NCBI GenBank assembly: GCA_965222225.1
Contig: CBDCTK010000002.1
Location: 5,312,001-5,376,000 of the forward strand
Source: Candidatus Poribacteria bacterium
GTDB taxonomy: Bacteria > Poribacteria > WGA-4E > JAJDTR01
DNA length: 64,000 bases
Direction: 5' to 3'
How positions within the stretch are numbered: position 1 is the stretch's first letter; every line of letters begins with the position of its first letter. The translations under genes were made by a program, and so were the position numbers. Below are positions 49,720 to 60,569 of this stretch, piece by piece. The notes under the pieces are model-generated. The model saw nothing but the letters and a program-made list of their open reading frames with translations. It made no database searches and was not told the origin of the DNA.

Positions 49720-50910
49720 AAAACGGATCTGTCTATAGAAAACCTGGGTACTGCTAAATGTCCAAACGACGAGATTTTCTGGTCTAAGCTCCGGGCAGAA
49801 TTCCAAATTCGTTTCGATCCAATATACCTTAACACCGGTTCCCTTGGGCTTTTGCCTGTTCAAATCGCTGATGCCGTGGCACAATACTATCGACTCTACA
49901 CGGCGCAAGGTCATGAGGCGCAATTCAGCACGGCGGAACAGCAGGCGAATGCTCGTCGTCGACTTGCAACCTTCATAGGTGCTGACGAAGACGAGATTGC
50001 TTTCACGCGAAATGCGACTGAGTCAATAACCGCCGTAATTGACGGCATCAAGTTGAATCCGGAAGACGAGGTCCTTACCACCGCGCACGAGTACCCCGCT
50101 GTGATATGCCGCTGGAAAAGGAGAGCAGGACGCTTTGGTATCAGGATTCGCACCGTAGACATACCGGGCCCGCCGGATAGTCCGGAACACATTGCAGACC
50201 TGTTTAAGCAAGCCATTACAAAGCGAACCAGAGTCATTGTTTTCTCCCACATTACCCGTGGTCGCGGCTTGTTGTACCCCGCAAAAGCGCTCTGCCAGCT
50301 TGCACGTGAACATGGACATATCTCTGCCATTGATGGCGCTCAGGTCGTCGGTATTCACCCCTTGGATTTACACGACATCGGCTGAGATTTTTACGCGAAC
50401 AGTTTGCACAAATGGGCGCTGGCGCCATCGGATTGTGGGGTTCTATACGTGCGACGAGACATCCAGCGACAATTGTGGCCCCGTGCTGGAGGCGCTCCAC
50501 CATGGGACGAGTCGGTGCAAGGATTCGGGCTTGTCGAGGACATTGGGAGCTACGCGGTGCCATTGTGGCTCGCCGTCGGCGATGCCCTGAATCTTATCGA
50601 CCAAATCGGTTTTGAACAGGTTGTCGCACGCGCGCGTATGTTATCACGCTACCTAAAAACCGAACTAATTAAGCGTCCCTATGTTCGGCTGGCGACATCG
50701 CTATTGCCCGACCTCTCTGGCGCGGGACTGACTTCGTTCGCTCATCGGCGTTTTACCGGAGAGATGGTACGCGAAGGAATCAACCGAAAACAGCGGTTCG
50801 TGACAAGCGGGGATTGGGATGGAGGTGTTGACAACACCTGTGTGTCAACACACTTCTACAACACGAAAGAAGAAATAAATCTATTTCTGGAGGCGCTTGA
50901 TAATCTGTAG
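49720..50910 (+). pseudogene. Class V PLP aminotransferase (cysteine desulfurase / isopenicillin N epimerase-like) with in-frame TGA at 50383 and no clear start
   Basis: DEIFW..LRAEF, YLNTGSLG, DGAQ, DLHDIG*DFYANSLHKW. Confidence 0.8.
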
Positions 50911-50954
50911 TCATAGGATTTGCACGGTGACAGGAGGTGACACGGTAGGCGCCG

Positions 50955-51008
50955 GTAGGAGCGATATCCCGATCGCGACTTCCTGTCGCGAGTAAAACTT
51001 GCTCTTAC
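50955..51008. repeat. REP doublet (REPIN)
   Basis: GTAGGAGCGATATCCCGATCGCGAC ... GTCGCGAGTAAAACTTGCTCTTAC. Confidence 0.7.
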
Positions 51009-51423
51009 AATTGGTTTGTCGTAACAATCTTCAATCATCAAACTGCAAAGAGAATCTTCAAGGTGAATAGCAGGAGACTACAATAACATGAAAATGCCCA
51101 ACCCCAAATTACCCAAAGTAGCTATGTCTATTATTCAAACAGACTCTAAATGGTATTTTCGCTAAGTAATTATCGTAAAACTTATACGGTTGAGCGACGT
51201 TCCCCCTTGACAAGGGGGTTGGTATGCATCTTACGTCCGATGGCTTTAGAATTACTACTGCCACTATACACTTACAATCAAGGTAATCCCAAAATCCCAT
51301 GAATCACTGTTCAGACAATGTTAGCTACCGACACTCAACACTTACCATATATTCTTAGATCGACTTTGTACATTTGTAGGATGGAATCGGCGACCATCAA
51401 TTCCCGATTTCCCCTCTTACTGA

Positions 51424-51611
51424 GATCAAGCGAACGAATAGTGAGTACGGTAGAACTCCGATAGAGTTCCCACCAGCACCGTAGGCGGGGATCAAATGAA
51501 CGAATAGCGATCAACACCGACCGGATAGTGGGGGATCAAGCGAGTGAATATCGAGTGCGATAGAACTCCCATAGACAATCCCGTGCGATATAGAGATCCC
51601 CTTGCCCCGCC
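51424..51611 (+). repeat. Mini-element cluster, including an apparent triple nest inside a GTAGGCGGGG..CTTGCCCCGCC REP
   Basis: Heads at 51424, 51490, 51509, 51534; stacked tails. Confidence 0.85.
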
Positions 51612-51667
51612 TTCGCCGCCACCACATAACGAATGCGTTAGAAAGCCTGCTGCGATAGCGATCCCCT

Positions 51668-52384
51668 TCAACGTAACGTCAGCCCACCATCAATGTATAG
51701 GACATTCCCCGTAGCATGTGGATTCCGCATCAAGTATAAAATCGTTTGAGCAACATCTTCGGCTTGAGCGATGCGCTTGGCGGGGAGTGTTTCGGCAGCA
51801 GATTCAAACATCTCGCTACGCTGTTTTCCCGGAAGTGAGTTGAATCTCGGGGTGTCGACTAACCCCGGCGAAACGACATTCACACGAATCGGCGACAACT
51901 CAACAGCCAGCGCTCGCCCCAACCCTTCAACCGCGCTGTTGATTGACGCCTGTGGCACGGCGCCCGGCTCGGGGTGTTGGCTGTATGCCCCCGCCATGAG
52001 AACAATCGAGCCGTCTTCTCGAATATTTGGTACGCCATACTTCACGGCTTGATACTGTCCCCAGAATTTGCTGTCAAACCCTCGCCGTGCGATTTCAACG
52101 TCAAGTTCTAGGAATGGCCCCAATGCACCCTCGTTTCCCGGTGTCGTTAAGTGGTCAAATTCACCGGCGATATCGAAAAGTCGCTGAATTGATCCTGAAT
52201 CTCGCACATCAACGGTGACAATGTGGACATCTTCCTGTATCCGATCTCTTGCCCGTGCTAATTTCTCCTGTGAGCGACTGGCGATGACAACCGTTGCCCC
52301 TTCTACGGTGGCGGCTTGAGCAGTCGCGAAGCCAATTCCTGAACTACCTCCGATGACAATAATCTTCTTGCCCGATAAACTCAT
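51668..52384 (-). CDS. SDR-family oxidoreductase (atypical; lacks YxxxK)
   Basis: GGSSGIG, IRVNVVSPG, IDGG. Confidence 0.9.
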   Translation of the reverse strand: MSLSGKKIIVIGGSSGIGFATAQAATVEGATVVIASRSQEKLARARDRIQEDVHIVTVDVRDSGSIQRLFDIAGEFDHLTTPGNEGALGPFLELDVEIARRGFDSKFWGQYQAVKYGVPNIREDGSIVLMAGAYSQHPEPGAVPQASINSAVEGLGRALAVELSPIRVNVVSPGLVDTPRFNSLPGKQRSEMFESAAETLPAKRIAQAEDVAQTILYLMRNPHATGNVLYIDGGLTLR

Positions 52385-52487
52385 TGCGCGTTCCTTTCTA
52401 TCAAATCAATCTTGGAAAACATCAAATCTCGGAGGAAGAAATATTAGAGGGAGGAAGGTTCAAGAGGAAAAACTTGAAAATTTGGGG

Positions 52488-53861
52488 TTAAATCGAATAA
52501 ATCATACGGCTGGCTTCTTCATATTCCGATTTCATGGGATCGGTTGAAAGGAATAGCTTCTGATAAGGTTCATAAAGCTGGATATAACTCCAATTAACAC
52601 CGCAAAGAATCTTCCTTTCATTTGCCAGCTTTACAAAACGACCGCGAAACTTCGCGCGCGTAGTTTCTGGCGGGAGATGCATCGCTTTGTCAACCTGTTC
52701 GTCGGTGACAATCCGCTCGACCTGATCTTTTCTTTCCAGTTTATAATATAGTCCGGTTTTCTTTTTTTCTCCTTCTTTCCGAATATTGTGATACTGAAGA
52801 TCCAGCATTGATACGTCAGCAGAATCCCAATTGAGATTTCGACTGGCAACATAAGTCTCGATTAGTTTTTTCTTGATAACCCAGTCAAGTTCCCGATCGA
52901 GAGATGATGGATCTCTTGCCAGATGCTTCAATACATATTCCCATCTTTTCATTACCTGCTCGGTGATTGGATCTGACTCTGCTTGTTCAAAATACTGTTT
53001 GGCGCACTCGAAATATTGCCATTGAAGTTCGACTGCGGAGAGCCGTTTCCCGTTCTCCAACTCAATCTTGTGTGTGCACGTCGTATCTTTTGAAATCTCC
53101 CAAATAGCTTTGACAGAGTTTCGCAATGCGAGGCGTTGTCTAATGAAATTGTCCTCTATCATGCGCAGGACGATGGCGGTTGTTCCCACCTTGAGAAAGG
53201 TGGAAAATTCGGACATGTTGGAATCGCCAACGATAACGTGCAATCGTCTGTACTTTTCCCGGTCGGCATGTGGCTCATCCCGTGTGTTGATGATGCCGCG
53301 TGCCGTCGTTGTCGCGATAGAGATTTCCTCGCGTATATGTTGGGCGCGTTGGGAGATGACGTATTTGCCGCGGTCAGTGCGTATGGCTTTACCGGCACCG
53401 GTGAAAACCTGGCGTGTTACGAAGAAGGGGATAAGCTGCGAGGCGAGTTGGCGGAAACTAACTCGGCGATCCATTAAATAGTTCTCATGACAACCGTAGG
53501 TATTTCCGGGGGTATCGGTATTGTTTTTGAAAACCGAGATTTTCCCGTAAAAGCCGTCAATCCGCATTTTTCTTTCGGCAGTGACGGAGAGCCGCTCGAT
53601 TATCCGTTCGCCAGCTTTATCATGTGTGACCAGTTCGCGTACATTGTCACATTCGGGGGTGGCATATTCGGGGTGGCAGCCGATATCTTGATAAAATCGA
53701 GCCCCATTTTCGAGGAACACATCCGGATACATTCTCCCCGAGATTATCTCTCGGAATAGGTACATCACCGCATTCTGAATCGAGAGCGCTTTTCCGCCGC
53801 TCCGCTCCGGAGTGCAGATGAGGCCATATTCGCTTTCTAGTCCGTAAATCCTACGGTCCAT
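52488..53861 (-). CDS. pafA: Pup-protein ligase
   Basis: MDRRIYGLESEYG, GCHENY, DEPHAD, RRLHVIVGDSNMSE. Confidence 0.95.
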   Translation of the reverse strand: MDRRIYGLESEYGLICTPERSGGKALSIQNAVMYLFREIISGRMYPDVFLENGARFYQDIGCHPEYATPECDNVRELVTHDKAGERIIERLSVTAERKMRIDGFYGKISVFKNNTDTPGNTYGCHENYLMDRRVSFRQLASQLIPFFVTRQVFTGAGKAIRTDRGKYVISQRAQHIREEISIATTTARGIINTRDEPHADREKYRRLHVIVGDSNMSEFSTFLKVGTTAIVLRMIEDNFIRQRLALRNSVKAIWEISKDTTCTHKIELENGKRLSAVELQWQYFECAKQYFEQAESDPITEQVMKRWEYVLKHLARDPSSLDRELDWVIKKKLIETYVASRNLNWDSADVSMLDLQYHNIRKEGEKKKTGLYYKLERKDQVERIVTDEQVDKAMHLPPETTRAKFRGRFVKLANERKILCGVNWSYIQLYEPYQKLFLSTDPMKSEYEEASRMIYSI

Positions 53862-53864
53862 GCC

Positions 53865-54581
53865 CTAAAACATTTTCTCGAGCTCTTCGGGAAGAAGGCG
53901 TCGAAACCTACGTCGTTCCAGTTCTTCATCAAGTAATGCGACCTCAATGGTACCAGCCACAATTTCATACCGGGGCTCTTCCGAATTTTCTTCGTCAACG
54001 TCCTCTTCAATTGTTTCGAAGGCTTTGATTCCGAGACGAATAGCATCCTCTAACGCCATTCCCTCCCTGTGTTCTTGTTCAAGAATTTCAACAATTGAAT
54101 CAGCACGCCCGCCGATAACTGCATACTGCTCCTCTTCTCCGAAGGTGCCATCGAAAGACAGATGATATATTCGATTGTTCGAGGAGGCGTCGCCTTTCAC
54201 TTCGCACACCAACAACTCGACTTCAAGCGGTTTTACATCCCATTCCCGGAAAATGGCCCCGATGCGTTGCGAGTACACTGTTGTAAGCCATTTAGCCGTG
54301 ACGTCCTCACGATTGTAGGTAAACCCTTTGATCTCCGCCTGTTCGATCCCATAAAACCTCAAGGCTTCATATTCTGGTGACAGCCCCGTTGCCGCTAAGG
54401 CAATCCGATCATACACCTCGGAAATCTTGAAAACCGTTGTCAATGGATTTTCGGCGACCATCACGATGCCACTGTTATACTCCAAAGCAATTACCTCTTT
54501 CGCCTGTTCAATGCCGCGCTGGGCAAGGTCGCGCTTATCTTGTATAATTTGCTCCGGTGACACGTAATACGGTGAGGACAT
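53865..54581 (-). CDS. prcA: 20S proteasome alpha subunit
   Basis: PYYVSPEQ..., KISEVYDRI, KPLEVELLV.EV. Confidence 0.95.
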   Translation of the reverse strand: MSSPYYVSPEQIIQDKRDLAQRGIEQAKEVIALEYNSGIVMVAENPLTTVFKISEVYDRIALAATGLSPEYEALRFYGIEQAEIKGFTYNREDVTAKWLTTVYSQRIGAIFREWDVKPLEVELLVCEVKGDASSNNRIYHLSFDGTFGEEEQYAVIGGRADSIVEILEQEHREGMALEDAIRLGIKAFETIEEDVDEENSEEPRYEIVAGTIEVALLDEELERRRFRRLLPEELEKMF

Positions 54582-54605
54582 TCTCACCTCCTTCAATTGA
54601 CGTAG

Positions 54606-55430
54606 TTAATCTTTCAATCTTTCAATCAATTCCGTGTAAAGCGATTTGACTTCGGAATCCGGGATGTCCGTAATACCTCCCTGATCGATCGCCTTGATTG
54701 TTGGAAAGATGCCTCGAATCAAATCAGGTCCGCCGGTCCCCAAATCCTCATCGGCGGCATCCCAAAGTGCTTCGGACACAATTTCCAAGATTTCATCGCG
54801 GGACATGCCAGGCCGATAAAGCTTTTTTAGCGTGGATCGCGCATCTTTACCTCCGGATCCGATGGCGTGATAAGTACTTTCGTCATAGCGTCCGCCAATT
54901 GCGTCATACTTGAAGATTCGCCCTTGCGCCTGCTTTGAATCGTAACCGGCGAAAATTGGGATAACAATCAAACCTTCCAGAGCCATATTAAGGTTCGCTC
55001 TTAGCCAGTTTGACAGAAAATTCGCCTTGCCATCCAGGCTCAACATGGTTCCTTCAACCTTTTCGTAAAACTCGACTTGAACCTGGAACAACCTTGCCAT
55101 CTCAATCGCTAAACCGGCGACGCCGGCGATAGCAATGGCGGAAGATTTGTCAATTTTAAAAACCTTTTCAATGCGTCGCTCGCCGACTTGAAAGCCGTCT
55201 GTCGCCTGGCGATCTCCGGCGATGACAACCCCTTCGTCATAAACGGCGGCTAATACCGTAGTCCCTTCAAGAAGGTCCAAAGATGAATTGGAGGAGGGGC
55301 CCGAAAGCAGGGCTGTTTGATGCGAATGTGTAGGCGGGTTTCCTGTATGAAACGGTGCTAATAAATCTGGGCGTTTCTGCCTGAGCACCTCAATAAAGTC
55401 AGAGGAGCTGTAATCGCGATCGTCGAACAC
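54606..55430 (-). CDS. prcB: 20S proteasome beta subunit (with propeptide)
   Basis: G|TTVLA catalytic Thr, AGDR, GSGG, D..TGGPD..R. Confidence 0.95.
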   Translation of the reverse strand: MFDDRDYSSSDFIEVLRQKRPDLLAPFHTGNPPTHSHQTALLSGPSSNSSLDLLEGTTVLAAVYDEGVVIAGDRQATDGFQVGERRIEKVFKIDKSSAIAIAGVAGLAIEMARLFQVQVEFYEKVEGTMLSLDGKANFLSNWLRANLNMALEGLIVIPIFAGYDSKQAQGRIFKYDAIGGRYDESTYHAIGSGGKDARSTLKKLYRPGMSRDEILEIVSEALWDAADEDLGTGGPDLIRGIFPTIKAIDQGGITDIPDSEVKSLYTELIERLKD

Positions 55431-55432
55431 GA

Positions 55433-55633
55433 CTACTGTCCTCCCCTTTGAATGTAATTCTCGACAAATTCTTCGGAATCTTCTTCTAAGATTTCATCAA
55501 TCTCATCAAGAATTTGGTCAAGGTCTTCCGAGAGTTCTTCGCCCTGCTCGGCGAGTTCGGCATCCGGTTGAATGTCCTCAATATCCTGAGGCCTCTTATC
55601 TCGCTGCTCCTTCTCTTGTTTTTCGGATCGCAT
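55433..55633 (-). CDS. pup: Prokaryotic ubiquitin-like protein Pup
   Basis: LDEIDEILE...EEFV..YIQRGGQ C-terminus. Confidence 0.95.
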   Translation of the reverse strand: MRSEKQEKEQRDKRPQDIEDIQPDAELAEQGEELSEDLDQILDEIDEILEEDSEEFVENYIQRGGQ

Positions 55634-55796
55634 TTTGCCCCCTTTCGGATTCTGCAATCGAGAATAATATCAGCTAATAAGGAAAAATAGATCTGGGACT
55701 GGCACGACGCAACTGAGAAACTTCAACCCAATGGTTGACAACACTGAAAGCCCTCGCTTTCAGCCCAAAACGTGAGTTGCGTGGCTCAATAGTTTA

Positions 55797-55867
55797 GAGC
55801 CCGTTTTCTACACTACAATCCCTGTAGGAGCAATCTCCGGATCGCCACCTCATTTTCAAACAGACTC
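55797..55867. mobile_element. 71-bp IS5-like mini-MITE containing a REP
   Basis: GAGCCCGTTTT...TTTTCAAACAGACTC flanked by TTA on both sides; REP at 55824-55848. Confidence 0.55.
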
Positions 55868-57376
55868 TTACGGGGATTTGGCGGATATCTCCTGCACAAC
55901 CTCCTCGGCGCACCTGTTATTCAAAAGACTACCAACAATTTCTTGAGTCCCAAAATGAGGTCGATCCATCATAATCTTGTCCAGAGATGACCCATTAAGG
56001 CAAAAAATCATTGAGTTCCAACTCGCGCTGTGAATCTCGTTGGGAAACCTTTTTAGACAGGTGCCGCGGAAATAGGCGCGCGTATCCACAGGTGGATTCG
56101 TGATTGCATGGACTATTTCCTCTCGATTAACAAACCGTTTCACACGTCCATTCTTGAGCAGACGTGCATATAGCCCTTTGTCTGGTCGGATATCGTGATA
56201 CTGCAGGTCCAACATGCGGACGCGCGAATCTGACCATTTAAAACCGTGACGTTGGATATAAGCGTCAATAAGCCTCTTTTTGGTTACCCAATCTAAAACT
56301 CCATTCAGGCTCATCGGGTCTGCTTCAAGTCGATCTAACACGAACTCCCATCTCTCCATCACGTCGGTCATGGTGGGCGATGGACCGACTTCGGAAAGAT
56401 GGTCTCGTGCCAAGCCGAGATATTCACGTTGGATTTCAATTGATGTCCGCCTTCGTCCATCTTCCAAAACCAGCGGAGTTTTACACGAAAGATCGCGCGA
56501 CACTTTTTTGATGTCGGTTACGGGTTCCGAGAGTTTGAATCTGTCTCCAAGGATGCCCTTCTCAATAAGTTGGAGTGTGAGGCACGTGATTCCAACCTTC
56601 AGGTAGATGGCAAGTTCGGACATATTTGAGTCCCCCACGATGACATGTAGGCGACGGAAAAGTTTTTCATCGGCGTGCGGTTCATCACGCGTATTAATGA
56701 TTGGACGCGCTACCATCGTGCTTAATCCTATTTCCTTTTCAAAGAAATCGGCGCGTTGCGAAATCTGATAGTCGGTTTCTTCCGTACCGTTCTCGGCGCC
56801 TATCTTGCCGCTACCCGTAATAATCTGACGGGTAACCAAAAACGGAGTCAACCCGTCAACGATATCCTGAAACGGAACCGTCCGAGACATCAAATAGTTT
56901 TCATGATATCCGTAACTGTGTCCTTTATAATCTGTATTGTTTTTGTAGATAATAATCTCTTGATTGTTGGGCAAGAGTTCTTCGGCGGCAAGGCGGCTCA
57001 AATCGAGAATCAGCTCCCCCGCCTTCTCGTAGATAACGAGGTCGCGTGGATTGGTGCATTCCGGCGTGCAATATTCCGGATGCGCGTGATCGACGTAATA
57101 CCTGCCGCCATTGATCAGGATGTCATTAATCAAGCTGTTGTTTTCCCGGTCTGGCGTGTCGCTCTCGCCTTCAGACATGAAGCCTCGGGCATCCATCAGC
57201 GGGGTTTCCTGATCGTAATCCCACGTAACCCCTTTTAACTCCCGATCCTTGTAAGCGTTCACAACCAGCGTTGAAGCTGCAACGGGATCCTGGTCACGTG
57301 CATTCTTGACCGAAATGCCGTATTCGGTCTCTGTACCCATGATCATCGGTGTCGTCATAATCGGTTCGTGATTCAA
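55868..57376 (-). CDS. dop: Pup deamidase/depupylase
   Basis: MGTETEYGI, YVDHAHPEY, SQRADFFE. Confidence 0.95.
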   Translation of the reverse strand: MNHEPIMTTPMIMGTETEYGISVKNARDQDPVAASTLVVNAYKDRELKGVTWDYDQETPLMDARGFMSEGESDTPDRENNSLINDILINGGRYYVDHAHPEYCTPECTNPRDLVIYEKAGELILDLSRLAAEELLPNNQEIIIYKNNTDYKGHSYGYHENYLMSRTVPFQDIVDGLTPFLVTRQIITGSGKIGAENGTEETDYQISQRADFFEKEIGLSTMVARPIINTRDEPHADEKLFRRLHVIVGDSNMSELAIYLKVGITCLTLQLIEKGILGDRFKLSEPVTDIKKVSRDLSCKTPLVLEDGRRRTSIEIQREYLGLARDHLSEVGPSPTMTDVMERWEFVLDRLEADPMSLNGVLDWVTKKRLIDAYIQRHGFKWSDSRVRMLDLQYHDIRPDKGLYARLLKNGRVKRFVNREEIVHAITNPPVDTRAYFRGTCLKRFPNEIHSASWNSMIFCLNGSSLDKIMMDRPHFGTQEIVGSLLNNRCAEEVVQEISAKSP

Positions 57377-57406
57377 GGCGAGTCGGTCCGCGCCGTTTCC
57401 TCAAGA

Positions 57407-59218
57407 TTAAAGATAAGCGCCGCCTTTGATTACCCTCACGTCCTTCCGTTTGTTACGCTCCGATTCATTGACCAAGGCTCTGATGTTGACAATCTTCTCA
57501 CCTTTACGGCCAGAGATTTTCGCCCAATCGTCAGGATTCGTGGTGTTAGGCAAATCTTCGTTCTCCTTATATTCCTCATGGATGGCGTCCTTGAGATTTT
57601 CGAACGTTATGCCCTTTTCCTTCCCATTGGAACTAATCAGCCTTTTGATTGCCATTTTCTTCGCACGTGAAACGATGTTTTCAATCATTGCTCCGCTAAC
57701 GAAATCCTTGAAGTAAAGAACATCGCGCTCGCCGCGGGCGTAGGTCACCTCAATGAATTTATTTTCTTCGGTAGTTGCATACATCTCATCGATTGCTTGA
57801 TCGATAAGATGTTGGACTGTTTTCCCGCTATCGTTACCGAATCGTTCGAGTTCGGACGGAGCGATGGGTAAATCCGAAGCCAGATACTTGGCAAAGATAT
57901 CTTTCGCGCCTTCCGCTGTGGGGCGATCTATCTTAATCTTGATATCCAATCTCCCGGGACGCAGCACGGCTGGATCCAAAAGGTCTTGTCGATTACTAGC
58001 GCCGATGACAACCACATCCCGCAGACTCTCGACCCCGTCAATCTCGGCTAGAAATTGAGGTACCAAAGTCGATTCCATATCCGACGAGATTCCCGTACCC
58101 CTTGATCGGAAAAGAGAGTCCATCTCATCAAAGAATATAATAACGGGCACCCCTTCTTTGGATTTCTCGCTTGCTTTCTGAAAAACCTCGCGAATCTTGC
58201 GTTCTGTCTCGCCGACATACTTGTTCAGCAACTCAGGTCCCTTGATGTTAATGAAATAGCCCTTAATATCATCCCTTCCGGTTTGCTGGCGCACCCTCGC
58301 GGCTAAGCTGTTTGCAACCGCTTTGGCGATCAAAGTTTTGCCGCACCCCGGCGGACCGTAAAGTAGAATGCCTTTCGGGGGTGTCAGGGCAAACTCTTTG
58401 TATTCGTCGGGATAAATGTACGGTGTCTCTATTGCGTCGCGAATCGCTTCGATTTGCTCGTCTAATCCGCCAATATCCGAGTATCTGATGTCTGGCACAG
58501 TTTCGAGCAAGAGATCTTCCACTTCGGTTTTGGGGAGTTTTTCCATAATCATCCCCGTACCTTGATTCAGTAGGACATTATCGCCGAGTTTCAACTTTTC
58601 AGCCTTAAGTGGTTCGGAAATCTCTACGACGCGCTCCTCATCGGCGCGAAGGCTAACAATCGTACGAGATTCATCAAGCACTTCCTTGACTTTAACGACT
58701 TCCCCACGCTGGTCAAACTCTCGAATCCCCACGACATTTAAAACACCGTTGACAATTACCTCCTGCCCCTTTTTAAGTTCATCGACGTTGATATCCGGAT
58801 CGGACTTGACTTTCCATCTTTTACCGCCAAGATCAATATCAATGGTGTCATCATCATTTACGCCAAGAAAAACACCGTAGTTGTTGGGTGGAGCGCTTAG
58901 TTGTTCCACCTTCTCCTTCAGGTGCTCAAGTTTCTCTTTCGCCTCTTGAAGTGTACTCGTCAGTTTCCGATTCCGCCGATGGGCTTGCATCAATTCGCGG
59001 GTCATTTCGTAGAGACGAACGTCTGCATCGTCGGAGGGAGCAGCGTTAAGACGCCTTCTCAAGTCATCGTTCTCGTTTTCCAAAGATTCGATCATGAACT
59101 CCATTTCACGAATCTGTTTCTGATTATAGGATTTGCGATCCGATGAACTTGCTGTTGGCTTAGATTCATCCCGGATTTCTTCAAATGGCCCTACGGTGTC
59201 TCTTTTCTTGATGGACAT
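57407..59218 (-). CDS. arc: Proteasome-associated AAA ATPase (ARC/Mpa)
   Basis: N-terminal coiled coil, GPPGCGKT, LPNTTNPDDWA.ISG.KGE, HbYX-type tail GAYL. Confidence 0.96.
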   Translation of the reverse strand: MSIKKRDTVGPFEEIRDESKPTASSSDRKSYNQKQIREMEFMIESLENENDDLRRRLNAAPSDDADVRLYEMTRELMQAHRRNRKLTSTLQEAKEKLEHLKEKVEQLSAPPNNYGVFLGVNDDDTIDIDLGGKRWKVKSDPDINVDELKKGQEVIVNGVLNVVGIREFDQRGEVVKVKEVLDESRTIVSLRADEERVVEISEPLKAEKLKLGDNVLLNQGTGMIMEKLPKTEVEDLLLETVPDIRYSDIGGLDEQIEAIRDAIETPYIYPDEYKEFALTPPKGILLYGPPGCGKTLIAKAVANSLAARVRQQTGRDDIKGYFINIKGPELLNKYVGETERKIREVFQKASEKSKEGVPVIIFFDEMDSLFRSRGTGISSDMESTLVPQFLAEIDGVESLRDVVVIGASNRQDLLDPAVLRPGRLDIKIKIDRPTAEGAKDIFAKYLASDLPIAPSELERFGNDSGKTVQHLIDQAIDEMYATTEENKFIEVTYARGERDVLYFKDFVSGAMIENIVSRAKKMAIKRLISSNGKEKGITFENLKDAIHEEYKENEDLPNTTNPDDWAKISGRKGEKIVNIRALVNESERNKRKDVRVIKGGAYL

Positions 59219-59468
59219 AATCTCATCCTATGTTATTAGAATTTGATTAATAATATGGAATACGTTCAGAAGATTATTGCGAATCTCTACTAGACGCCCA
59301 AAAAAGACAGAGGCTATATGGGTTTCCAAACCACGCCTTGAAGTCATCTGGCGGGGTAAGCCTAACAGGATTATAGCACTTCCGCGAAAATTCTGTCAAG
59401 GATAATGTCCCTGTATAGCATTGCCCAACTCGCCACGGTAGCATTGCGTTTGCTTAATTTTGCGCCTG

Positions 59469-60515
59469 CTATTCGCTCGTAGCCTCTTCAACTTCGCTAG
59501 GAATTGAAGCCGCGGTTGACTGTGAGGGCATCCCCAAGTCTTCCCGGATCTTGCCCTCAATCTCGGCGGCAAAATGAGGGTTCGTTTTCAAATACTCTTT
59601 AGCGCTATTCCTGCCCTGTCCTAGTCGTTCGTCGTTATACGAAAACCAAGATCCTTTTTTCTGGATAATTCCTCGATCAACCGCCACATCCAAAATATTT
59701 CCCTCTTTGGAAATTCCCTCACCGAATATCAGATCGAATTCCGCTTCTCGGAACGGCGGAGCCACTTTGTTCTTGGCAACTTTGACTCGGACGCGGTTCC
59801 CTACCATTTGGTTCCCCTCCTTTAGCGTCTCGACACGGCGCATCTCAAGCCTTACGGAAGTATGAAATTTGAGGGCGAGTCCACCCGGCGTCGTCTCCGG
59901 ATTGCCAAACATAACTCCAATCTTTTGGCGAATCTGATTCGTAAAAATGACGCATGTTCTAGACTTATTGGTCACGCCGGACAGCTTTCGCAACGCTTTG
60001 GACATGAGACGTGGTAATAAGCCGACATGCGCATCACCCATATCGCCTTCGATTTCCGCCTGCGGGGTTAAGGCTGCGACCGAATCAATCACTACAATAT
60101 CAATCGCACCACTTCGGATAAGCGTTTCGACAATTTCTAACGCCTGTTCACCCGTATCCGGTTGTGAGATTAACACGTTCGCCATGTTTACGCCGATTTT
60201 CTTGGCATAGGAAATATCCAGCGCATGTTCAACATCAACGAACGCGGCGACGCCCCCCAATTTCTGGGCTTCGGCAACTATGTGAAGTGCAAGGGAGGTT
60301 TTGCCGGTAGCTTCGTGACCAAAGATTTCGATTATTCGGCCACGCGGGAGGCCGCCGACCCCGAGCGCAATGTCAAGTGAAAGTGCCCCTGTTGGAATTG
60401 ACTCCACGGGAACAACATCTTTATCCGTTAAACGCATAATCGCGCCTTTTCCATGATCTCGCTCAATTTGCGATATTGCGTTATTGATAGATCCTTTTTT
60501 TTCATCTGATGTCAT
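59469..60515 (-). CDS. recA: Recombinase A
   Basis: GLPRGRI.EI.G....[31 protein letters not shown]. Confidence 0.98.
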   Translation of the reverse strand: MTSDEKKGSINNAISQIERDHGKGAIMRLTDKDVVPVESIPTGALSLDIALGVGGLPRGRIIEIFGHEATGKTSLALHIVAEAQKLGGVAAFVDVEHALDISYAKKIGVNMANVLISQPDTGEQALEIVETLIRSGAIDIVVIDSVAALTPQAEIEGDMGDAHVGLLPRLMSKALRKLSGVTNKSRTCVIFTNQIRQKIGVMFGNPETTPGGLALKFHTSVRLEMRRVETLKEGNQMVGNRVRVKVAKNKVAPPFREAEFDLIFGEGISKEGNILDVAVDRGIIQKKGSWFSYNDERLGQGRNSAKEYLKTNPHFAAEIEGKIREDLGMPSQSTAASIPSEVEEATSE

Positions 60516-60569
60516 AATCGGTTAATTTCCCTATGAATGCAGTCGAGAAGTAGAATGCCGAGTAATCTA

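Noticed and set aside
47572-51611. Mini-element clusters as a CRISPR array
   Set aside because: Repeats are degenerate, irregularly spaced and nested, with no unique constant-length spacers and no cas genes.
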